This document shows, one piece after another, positions 1-11,096 of a stretch of DNA of 64,000 nucleotides. Every line of letters begins with the position of its first letter. The stretch's first letter is position 1. This DNA comes from Gordius albopunctatus (taxonomy: Eukaryota): NCBI GenBank assembly GCA_964276515.1, contig OZ193909.1, positions 19,282,001 to 19,346,000 of the forward strand, written 5' to 3'. The notes beneath the pieces are model-generated. The model was given only the letters and a program-made list of their open reading frames with translations. It ran no database searches and was not told the origin of the DNA. The position numbers were made by a program, and so were the translations under genes.

Positions 1-911
1 CGATCTTGAGAAAGCTTTTGATAAAGTGCCAAGGCAGTTGATATGGGATAGCATGAGTTCCAATGGTGTACCCGACGCTTATATAATTTCAATAAAGGAT
101 ATGTATAGAAACGCAAAAACGAAAGTAAGGACATCCAGGCATCGAAGGGATTCAGTCTAAATTTCGGGGTGCATGGATAGGTACTAAGTCCATTGCACTT
201 CATAAAAATAATGAATTTGATAACTAAGAACCGAAACGCGAATCACCTCGGGCAATGCTCTTTGTGGATGATATAGTGGTTGCGCAGGCCCAAATGTGGA
301 ATTAGCAGAGCAGGTAAAAATTTGGATGGATCGAATTGAAAGCAAAGGCCTTGGGATCAACCGAGTAGAACTAAATATGTATGCTTGGAGGCGGAAAATC
401 AATACAAAGAAATACACCTGCAAATCGATGACTGGTGTTTAAGTAGTACGAAGGATTTTAAATATCTTGATTCTAGGGTACAATGTGATGGGGGTATGGA
501 AAGCGAAATTAAGACAATGATTAAAGCAGGTTGGTTAAAATTCAGAGAATTGAGTGGTGTACTATGTGACAAACACATACCACTCAAATTGAAAGGACAA
601 TTATATAACACCGTTTTTGTACCCACGGTATTGTATGGGTCGGAAAAATGGGCAAGGCAAAAGAAGAGCTAAGCTTGGCAAAAATGGAGATGCGAATGTT
701 AAGATGGATCTTAGGAATAAGCAAAAAGGACCACATAAGATATCAAGACATAAGGGATAAACTTAATGTAGTTTTGGTTCAGATAAAGTTGGTGGTAAGA
801 AGATTGAGATGGTATTGCCATTTGGAGAGACGGGAGGAAAGTCACCTGGCAAAACGTATCAAGAAGGTGCAAGTTGAAGGTAAGTGAAAGAGAGGGAGGC
901 CTAAGCTGACA
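1..911 (+). mobile_element. Degenerate RTE-clade non-LTR retrotransposon, RT to C-terminal part
   Basis: Broken frames read DLEKAFDKVPRQ..., FKYLDS, AGWLKFRELSGVLCDKHIPLKLKG, VLYGSE, EMRMLRW, RLRWY.HLERR, RGRPK. Frameshifts and stops; interrupted at 911/912 by a Helitron-like start. Confidence 0.9.
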
Positions 912-1789
912 TCTATATATATAAAGTAAAGTCTATGTATGTATGTATGTATGTATGTATGTATGTATGTATGTATGTATGTATGTATGTATGTATGTAT
1001 GTATGTATGTATGTATGTATGTATGTATGTATGTATGTATGTATGTATGTATGTATGTATGTATGTATGTATGTATGTATGTATGTATGTATGTATGTAT
1101 GTATGTATGTATGTATGTATGTATGTATGTATGTATGTATGTATGTATGTATGTATGTATGTATGTATGTATGTATGTATGTATGTATGTATGTATGTAT
1201 GTATGTATGTATGTATGTATGTATGTATGTATGTATGTATGTATGTATGTATGTATGTATGTATGTATGTATGTATGTATGTATGTATGTATGTATGTAT
1301 GTATGTATGTATGTATGTATGTATGTATGTATGTATGTATGTATGTATGTATGTATGTATGTATGTATGTATGTATGTATGTATGTATGTATGTATGTAT
1401 GTATGTATGTATGTATGTATGTATGTATGTATGTATGTATGTATGTATGTATGTATGTATGTATGTATGTATGTATGTATGTATGTATGTATGTATGTAT
1501 GTATGTATGTATGTATGTATGTATGTATGTATGTATGTATGTATGTATGTATGTATGTATGTATGTATGTATGTATGTATGTATGTATGTATGTATGTAT
1601 GTATGTATGTATGTATGTATGTATGTATGTATGTATGTATGTATGTATGTATGTATGTATGTATGTATGTATGTATGTATGTATGTATGTATGTATGTAT
1701 GTATGTATGTATGTATGTATGTATGTATGTATGTATGTATGTATGTATGTATGTATGTATGTATGTATGTATGTATGTATGTATGTATG

Positions 1790-1820
<31 letters not shown>

Positions 1821-2750
1821 GGGCTAAATTCTGAAACTACCGGTCCGATTCGCGCGAAAATTTAACCGTAGATGCCGAGGGCGGCCAGAGGTAAATAGCC
1901 TTTTCAGAATCCTAAAATTCCTTTTAGTTTTAAAAATATAGGCCTTTTAGTTTTAAAAAATTGTTTAATTCTAAAACTACCGGCCCGATTCGCGCGAAAA
2001 TTTAGCCGTAGATTCCCAGGGATGCCAGGGGTAAAATAACTTTTTCAGATTCCTAAAATACCTTTTCGTTTTAAAAATATCGCACATTTCCCGGCCAGTT
2101 TAATTTATAGCAGCATATACAATAATGACGTCATATATACAAGGCTGAAGCTTTCTCGAATTAGATATTTAAAAAGTATAATAAAAATGTTACAGTATAC
2201 GGTCAAAATTATTTCGGTTTAATCAACTATTTAAATTAAATAAATAAAATTTAAATTAATAGCTTTTGCAGAATCCTAAAATTCCTTTTTTTTATAACGT
2301 AATAAAATTTTTTATTAAATGAAACTATAAACAACTATAAAAATTATATGTGAGGTAAACATTCGAAAATTGCGATAGCGTTGAAATGACAAATAATGAT
2401 TCCGATTTTCTGTTTGATGGAAAAAGTTTCCCTATTAGTTTTAAAAAAGGGATAAATTCTGAAACTTCCGGCCCAGTTCGCTCCAAACTTTACCCGTAGG
2501 TTCCAAGGGCGGCCAGGGGTAAAATAGCTTTTTAAGATTCCTAAAATACCTTTTCGCTTTAAAAATATCGGAAATTTACCGGCCAGTTTCATTTATAGCA
2601 TCATATACAATAATGACGTCATACATACAAGGCTGAAGTTTTCTCGCATTAGATATTTAAAAGTATAATAAAAATGTTACAGTATACGGTAAAAATTATT
2701 CGGGTTTAACAAAGTATTTAAATTAAATAAATAATATTTAAATTATTATC
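912..2750 (+). mobile_element. Non-autonomous Helitron-like element (5' part) with internal microsatellite and internal duplications
   Basis: A|TCTATATATATAAA start typical of animal Helitrons, then (TATG)n, then repeated blocks starting AAACTACCGG(T/C)CCGATTCGCGCGAAAATTT at ~1833 and ~1974, with a diverged copy at ~2462. About 1966-2260 is duplicated at ~2455-2745. 3' end not identified. Confidence 0.65.
934..1817. repeat. Perfect (TATG)n microsatellite, ~221 units
   Basis: Uninterrupted tetranucleotide tract; accounts for the MYVC ORFs. Confidence 0.99.
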
Positions 2751-2972
2751 ACGTGGTCGATCATATAAGCATGTTTTTAATAACTATCCATCCTTCAATT
2801 AATTATTTTATTATATTAAAGAAAATTGTATTTCAAATAAATCAGCTAACTAGAAAAATAAAATAATGGTATTATTGTATAATAAGTAACAGCATTGATC
2901 AGAAATTTTTTCAAAAACATTTAATTTTAGTGGGATTTGATGACTAAAACAGAATTCGCATTTGGTTTGTCT

Positions 2973-3370
2973 TCTATATATATAAAAATCTAAGTCCCGT
3001 TTTTTTGTGCGCTAATAACTTTTGAAGTTCTCAACCGATTGCCACCAAATTTGGCCAGATTATTGCCTTAGCAATGTAGATGGTTTGTAAACACTTTTTA
3101 TCACACTACGACAGCGGGAACCATGTTTTTTAATTAGGTTGGCGCCATCTAGCGGACGTCAGCTACAACGCTTATCTCGATTATTATTTTATGTTAGAGT
3201 TGTGCTCATAGTTTTAAATGTTTTTCTACTAATCTTTTGGCATATATTTCGCTATTTTTATAATAATTAAAAACCGTAGAACATCAAAAATTTTATAATA
3301 TAAAAAAGACGCGTTCTCTTTTAAAGGTTTACGTATCTAAACGTTTGACGTGAAAATATTGTTATAATAA
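2973..3370 (+). mobile_element. Second Helitron-like 5' end
   Basis: TCTATATATATAAAAATCTAAGTCC start, then AACTTT...CAACCGATTGCCACCAAATTTGG, paralleling the element at 912. Confidence 0.5.
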
Positions 3371-3420
3371 TTTAAATTTTCTAAGTCTCAATTGCTAAAA
3401 TTGAGACTTAGAGAATTTAA

Positions 3421-5372
3421 ACTCCGACATGGGCTTCCATAATGTGGAAGTAACAGCGCCGAAATCACCTAAAAAGTCGTTTTTTCCAAGCGCTGGCAGG
3501 GGCCGAGGCAGCAAGCCAGGCCGACACTTCAAGAAGAACGCGGCCCCTGCCCCGCGTTCGTAAACTTCTGAAGCAAACGGCGGACAAATGGGAGAACGGG
3601 CCCTCGGGCGAACCGACTCTCATGGGGGATAAAAGCCAAAAGTCTCCTGACTGGTGGCAGAAAATTAAAGATTTCCTCAGAGAAACTCGTCGTCAACTTT
3701 TTTCCCCCACGTCGAATAACGACAACAATGACGACGACAACCATCCACCAGAACCGCTCCCGCCGCCGCCGGAGGTAGAGGCCCGTATCAACCCTACCAA
3801 CGAACCCACGGAAGGCGACGCAGGCTCCGGTGTCATACCAAGCCTCGTAAAGCAGCATAAAGCACTCTTCAAATGGGGGAAAACCAGCAACACCCAGAAA
3901 CCTACCAGGAAGCTGGATATTAGAACGTCTCGACTCACGCCTCACCCGCTAATGTCAGAGTTTACCCTCAGGGTAACGTTCGAGGGGTTAAGCCTCCACT
4001 GGACCTGCCCAAGATAAGGCAGAATGGCGGCCTATTCAAGCCAGACAGATGGAGGCGCACTTCAAAGGGATCGCCAAGCTTCTTTACAACTATGAAAGAA
4101 GAGTCCGTTGTTTCCGAGACGCAAGCGCTCGCGGTCACGTCCTCAACCTTCTTCATAGCTAAGAGCAATGGGGATGCCCGAGTGATTACCGATCTTTCTG
4201 AAGCATCTAGAAACTTCAGACATCTCCCTGTAAAGTTGGCAACTATCCCATTGACAGCAAAATCATTGGCAAGAGCAAACTACGCCGCCAAGATCGACCT
4301 AAAGGCAGCGTTCTTCAGTATTCCCCTACACAAGAATTATAGGAAATACTGCGGCTTCAAATGGAGAGGAAAGCTGTACCAATACAATGTCCTGCCGATG
4401 GGGGCTTCGTTCAGCCCATACGTACTACAAACCATTGTAGCCGACCTCGTAAAAGCATCTGTCAAGTACTGCCACTACAACGTCTATCTAGACGACATTC
4501 TGATCTTCGCTGAAAGCGAGGACGAAGTATCGACCGACCTGGGAACAATAGCCGAGATGACCAAAGATTGCGGGCTAACAATCAACTTGGCAAAATCATC
4601 GATAATGCCAGAGAGGCGACTCAGCTACTTGGGGTTGGATATCGATTTTCAATCACATACGATCAGCTGCACATCAAGTACTAAAGAAAGGCTCAAGTAC
4701 ACGGCTGACATCCTGTACTGGTTCTTATCAACCAACACGCCCCCGACTGATTACACGATGCTGGAGGCACTGGGGGTAATGAATTATTTCTTTTACAACC
4801 TCACGGGGATGTCGAAGCTGTTTACCACCTTCTACGCGGTATCAACGGGAAAGGGAACGGCCCACGATAGACCACTGGCGCGGAGCAAGCTCGCAGGTTG
4901 TCTAGCAATCCTCGACACAGCCATCCCACTCTACAAAGAACACGACACCACAATCTACGCCGACGCATCCGATACACACATTGGAATTTCCTGGGAAGAC
5001 ATCAAATTCTCGGTATCTTTCGAACAGGCAGCAGACGCAATCGGCCTGGATTGGATCAACACCAACCACATTACAGCGGTGGAAACCTTGGCAGCCATAT
5101 ACGCTTATCTAGTGGCAATACAAAACGGCGCCAGGTACCCAAAGGTAGTCACTGACTCCACAACAGCCTTCTACGTGCTCAAGAAGGGAGGGTCCAACTC
5201 CCCAATCGTGGAACAGATCATAGCAAGTTTCGTAGCAACCAAGAATGTGTCGCACCTCCTACGAATCCACTTCAACCTCGAATGGATCTCAACCGAGCTC
5301 AACCCAGCCGACGAACCATCACGTCTCTGGATGCCGAAGGACCGCAATACCAACGGCCTGGGGACTTCGTAA
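3421..5372 (+). mobile_element. Hepadnavirus-like (HEART-like) retroelement polymerase, copy 1: N-terminal domain, RT and RNase H; one frameshift near 3988
   Basis: Frame open 3454-~3988, then shifted frame to stop at 5372. Motifs FFIAKSNGDARVITDLSEAS, IDLKAAFFSIPL, LPMGASFSPYVL, YLDD (4485-4496), YLGL, IYADASDTHIG, HITAVETLAA, VVTDST, WISTELNPADEPSR. Confidence 0.8.
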
Positions 5373-5872
5373 ATTCTAAAAAATATGCACAGCCTTTGTT
5401 AAAACAAGCTTAAACGATAGGAAAAACAAGTAATTGATAAAATACGAACCGAATTTTGTGCTGCTTTTTGTGACGATTGTGCTGCCTCTACCATGATCCA
5501 ATATAAAATCGACCCCCCATGAAACCAATGTCACAAAATTAGGAGACCTTTTTTAACCGGGGCACATTAAATTCGGCGATAATATTAACTATCTTAAAAT
5601 TGGTAGGAAATATTAGTTACACCTTGCAGATAAATTTAGTAATTACACATTAGCTTGATAATTTTTGGAAATGAAGGATTATATAATAAAAGATTTAAAG
5701 CAGGCAAGGATTTTTTAAATTACCTTCAATTATTGAGTAGAACTTTATCCATATTCTCATTTCCCCTAATTAGAAGGATAATTCAACAAATATTTATAAG
5801 ATGTATGTATAATTAGAATAAACTTATTTTATATATTTCACCTTTTGTCTTGCATCACACACAGTTGAACAA

Positions 5873-8800
5873 ATGGTCGTAAAAGTTTATATATCGGGAT
5901 CTTCTGGAAATAAAGCTGTATAATAATAAATAAATTGAGCTTAATTTATAATCCTAGGTTAAATCAAATCAGCGTAAAGCGATTGACTTTTTGACAGCAT
6001 TGGGAGTTAAACTAGAAATAGTTGATATTAGTCAACCAGAGCTCTCTGAGGAGCGAGACTTGATGTTATCTACTTCTAAACCAGGAACAGAAGATATTGG
6101 TAAATTACCTCTTTGCCCTCAATTCTTCAACGACCAGCTCTATTGTGGAGTAAGATATCAATCTCCAATTTTCTTCTACATTAAATAGGATTATGATGAT
6201 TTTGATATTGCATTGGAGAATGACACAATTACAGAGTTTCTAAAATTGGCCCAATCTGATATGGCTGAAGGGAAAAATTTGCCACCTCATGTAATTTTAT
6301 TAAAATGCATGTGTAATTTAATTATTATGGTTTGCTGTGATCTTTCATTCATTTTTTTATTTAATGCAACTCTAGCATCGGATTCATCATTACGAAATGT
6401 CACAGGCTCCTATTCAATTAAAACAACAATAAACATAACAAAGCTAACATTGCATTTGCTTGGTTGTATTAAAACTTATTGTCATTATTGTTGAGCTGTG
6501 TATTTATGCCAATGCATTTTTCTAATCACATTCCTGCTTTCTAACTTATTTGTAAAATGTTATATAAATTATTGTGATATTTTTTTTATACATACAAGCT
6601 TACTGATACTTGCCAACTTTTATTTACTTGGATTATATTAATAAATTTGGGGATATTAATTGCTTCCATTATTTTTACTTAGCTCTTAAATAATTGTTAA
6701 TAAATTGTACAAAATTTTTGAAATAACATTTTTTAAAAATTTGCATGTAAATTTTTTCAAATATGTTATGTTTTTTATAATTATTTACTCCATTAGGGGG
6801 TAGTTCATAATACAGCCTTTTACTTTTATAAGATATAATCATAAGTTTTTTGGAAGCATAAAATAAATATTTTTATATTCAAGCTTTAGTTTTTAGAAAG
6901 CTCTCATTTAAATTGTCCATTATATTTATAACTATTTATTTTATTATTAGATGATGACCACCTTTACTTTTAAAAGTTTTGAAGCAAATACTAATTATCA
7001 AAATTTGAATTTATTGTAATCTAATATTTTTTATTTTATTTGTGATATATAAGTTAATTCTCTTTAGTGATTTATAATCTTTTCAATGTATATTGAATTT
7101 GTAAATTAATACAATAGTAAACTCTCAAGGTCAAAAACATTTTGTCAAACGTTATAAAAACAATATATATTATTACAATCAATAAATTAAAAAAATTTTA
7201 CTACTAAAAGATTCAATTTTCTTTCATTTGCCCGCTTAAAATGAATCCTTTAAATTAATATGACTTTTTCCAAAAGAAATTAATTAAAATTTTGCTTAAT
7301 AATAATAATTAGATATATTTTTTACCCCCAAACAAATCATTTCAAATAACTATATTGCTACTAAACAATCAAAAAATCACTAAACAGGTTAAATAAGCAT
7401 ACAGTGCTAGACTACAACAAACACCCCCCCCTTTGACTTTGTTGTTTATTTGACCTATTTGCATGTCTTTTATCAATTGTAAACCACTAAATTTATTTGC
7501 CCATAAAATGTTGGGATATTTATTCATAGGCATAGCCAGGTTTTGGAATAGGGGGGGTTTAAGTTTAATTGGGGCAGGGGCAAAGATAAAAAAAAAAGTA
7601 TTTTTTATTTTTAAGAGTTTTTTATTTAATTTTTTTTGTCATTTAGGGCCCCTAACATTCATATCTTTTTACTGCCCCTTTCTTAAATTGGTAAAAGTTT
7701 AATTACATAAAATTTATACATAATTCTAGGTGGAAAAATATGTATTTCTACAACAGTTTATGAACCTAGCCAAGGGTGGCAGGAAGGGACGGTTGCTCCC
7801 TCTAAATCGAAAAATTTGTTTAAATTTATTACAATTATGGCTAAATTTCAAAAAATTATTGAATTGCCCCTCCCTCTAATTCCAATGCTGGCTAAGCCCA
7901 TGCATTCAAATAGAATTTTTCCGAGTTTTTTTTATTAATTACCGGAAATTAAAGTGTCATTTTAATAAGATTTAAAGTTTAATTTTAAAAATGTTTATTA
8001 TCACAAATAAAAACAAAATAATTTTTAACCCGGTAAAAGTAAAAAAATTCTTATATTTTATCTTGAGAGTAAATGCTTGGGGAATTATTACAGAGGTTAA
8101 ATGCCCCTTAAAGTTATTTAACCTTAAACGCTATACCTTTTATGCATCATTTAATTTAGCATCGTTTAATTTGCCTCGTTTCTCATGATTGACGGTTTTT
8201 CGAAAATTAATGTCATAAGATATAATTATTTTACTATATCTAGTCTAAAGATCATTTATTATAAGCCCATGAGATACAACATTCAAAAATATATTTAAAT
8301 TAATAATACAAAAAATGTTGTGATTTTGATAAAATGACAAATTTATTTTTTGTGAGAGTTTAAATTTTTTTTAATAAAATCAAAACTTTTTGGCAATTAC
8401 TACTAAATTTTAATTAGTATGGTTATTTTAAATTTGGATCATTAGCTTTCAATAACTAGTCGATCAATATATTTTTGGCACCCATATATTTCTTTATACC
8501 ATATTTTCTATATTTAACAAGTCCGTATCATTTTTTAATATGATTTCGCCGAAATTTAAATTTATACTATAATTTATTGAATATTTTGAATAATTGTTTT
8601 TTAATCTTTTTAAGTTCATTAAAAAACAAAAAAGTTGTAAAAAAAATGTCCCCTAACTTGTCCAATTTTTATTAAACCTTTTATTAGATATATATAAAAG
8701 TAATAATGTCAATAAATTTTTATAAAACTAAACCTTTAAAATAATTTATTTGCAAATAAAAAAAATCTAAATTTCGTATTCTTTTTAAAATTGCGCTACC

Positions 8801-9810
8801 ATTTAAAGGTTATTTATTACCCTGTTAGGTATGTTATTAATTAAATACATGTTCTGTAAGTAATTTAAATCTAAGGAATAGAAATAAGCTATATTAAATT
8901 TTGAATGAAATAATTGCATGATCGTGCGGCTTTAAGCTTATGTAAAAAAGTTGTGATTGAAAATGATAAAAATCCATAATTGAAAAAGGATTGGGGCGAT
9001 ATTGAAAAAGGAGAAATCCAGGAGGAAAAAGCAATTGAAAACGATTTGACACCGAAAGAAAATGGACATCCTACTGACTCATCAAGTTCATCGCCTGAGG
9101 AAGAATTAAATGAAGATAAGAAGGGGGAAGAAAAGGACAACGTAGATATTAAAGAAATTGCAGAAGACGACCAAGCAGGGAAAAAGATAATTTCAGAAAA
9201 GAAAGTGGAAATTGAATCGAGCAAAGACGAAAAGGTAATCAGTTCCGAAAAGATAGCGGTGGAAGAAGGTAATATTTCTTCTGGGAAAAAAGAAAGAAGT
9301 CAATCATCTTCATCAAATACATCCTCATCTTCCGATTCTTCCAGTTCGTCTTCTAATTCACCAGAAATTGCAGCACCCAAAAAATCGCCAGAACCTAGTA
9401 AAAAGCAGACAAGAGAAAATAACAAAATCACCCCTAGTCCTAATATTAAGAATACGAAAGAACCAGCTGGAGGAATCAAAGGCGAAAACACAAGTCAAAC
9501 TCTCAAAAGTTCGACGGGCAATGCCAAGAAGGAAAAAGATGTTATAGTTTCGACTTCCAATGTTAAAAACACGAAAGAAATGCCTGCAAAAAACGAAAGT
9601 GAAATAGTTAAAGAGGAAAAGAAGCAGACGACTACGAAAGAAACTCCACTAGTAAAACCGAAAGGCAATATGCCTACAAAAAAAGCATCGGAGACTATAG
9701 TGGGTGCAAACAAGCGCGATTCAACTTCCTCGTCATCATCTAGTAGTAGTAGTACTTCGTCGAGTTCATCTAGCAGTTCAACTAGTTCATCAACATCAAC
9801 CGAATCCTAG
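5873..9810 (+). CDS. SH3 domain-binding glutamic acid-rich (SH3BGR/SH3BGRL-like) protein; exons 5873-5917, 5958-6149, 6189-6290 and probable last exon 8989-9810
   Basis: MVVKVYISGSSGNKA-VKSNQRKAIDFL...VDISQP...PLCPQFFNDQLYCG-DYDDFDIALENDTITEFLKL matches the SH3BGR fold; GT-AG introns keep frame. The phase-0 join to the Glu/Lys/Ser-rich exon is inferred. Confidence 0.85.
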
Positions 9811-11096
9811 AATATATACGTTTGATATTACGAATCCAATTTGTTAAATGTTATTTAAACACACGCAACATGCATTTAAATTTTAATGTATTAGTGTCAG
9901 TTTTAAAATTCTTCATGTAAATTATTGCACACCGCATGTGGCCCTTTTATATAAGACAAATTTAATTAAATAGCAATGCATATGATAAAATGTCACGATT
10001 TGAGAACAAGGTAAAAAGCTGTCTTGTTATTATTCTAATGATAAAGCTGTACTTCAAAAAATACCATTTTGCACTTATATATTCTTGCCTCACACCTAAT
10101 TCACTCTAGGCTATGTCCATTTATATGTTATCTTTTAAGTTTTGTGATAACATTTGATAGTATAAAGGGATGACAAGCTTGATAAACTATAACCTTAGGT
10201 GACAAGGTCAAAATGCAATATAAACCACAATCGTTTATACTTTTTATAATTAGCTATTAATAAAACCAAAAAAGAAGATTGATAAAAACTCATTTACGAC
10301 ACCTAAACAGTAGGGCTTAAATATGGAAGATAAATCATCCAATTTGCAATTTATTCTTCAGGTAATATTACTATATTTTACAACTTTTTTAAAGTTCCCA
10401 ACTAAAACTTCTAAACAAATTATTTAGGATCAATCTTTTAATTCGGGGAAGGGAAGGGGGTGAAAGGTTAAAGAGTTTAATAATAATGATTTGAGGAAAT
10501 TTTTTAAAAATTTAATTTAATAAAAACAAATTTTTGTGAAGGGGTGAGCATAAAATTTTTGTCTGATACAATAGTTCTAAATACTTCTCGGTATTCAAAA
10601 CACGTTCCCGAGAGAGACCCAATTTCAACAAAAAAATTATAAATTTTTTAATAACCATTATTTTAAATTTCGACACGAATATGATTTTAAAAGATAGTAA
10701 TGGATTAGATTAACTTTAATAAAGGTACCTGGGATAATGTTAATATGCTCAAATGGTCACAAAGTAACTGTAAAATTAAGTAAGAAAAATTAAAACCATA
10801 ATCGAATCTCTTTTTATTATTATCACAATAACTCCAAAATAATTAATACTTTGCAGTTTTATTCGTAAAAAATGTTATAAAAAGACTGTAACATAAAGAC
10901 GGATGATGTAAAATAATATTAAATAAATAATGGTGTTGTGCACAGTTTTTGGGAGCAAAGGTTGAAATAAAATACTTTCAATAAGATGATTTTTAATATC
11001 TCATATGAGAAAATAAGCCTAAATACTTATAAAAAATGTAACACTTTTTTTGAAAATGAATCTTGTTTGATTTTCAATCAAAGTAATCAATAAATT

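Noticed and set aside
935..1834. Three ~295-aa MYVC-repeat ORFs
   Set aside because: Translation of the TATG microsatellite.
4898..5155. Arg/His-rich ORF overlapping the RNase H region, as a possible X- or surface-like gene
   Set aside because: TTG start, short, no hydrophobic segments and no supported equivalent in copy 3; likely an off-frame by-product.
3421..5372. Classification as a standard DIRS element
   Set aside because: No tyrosine recombinase, methyltransferase or terminal repeats nearby and motifs fit hepadna-type better. Not formally excluded without a phylogeny.
8889..9713. Minus-strand hydrophobic ORFs
   Set aside because: Antisense shadows of the Glu/Lys/Ser-rich exon.
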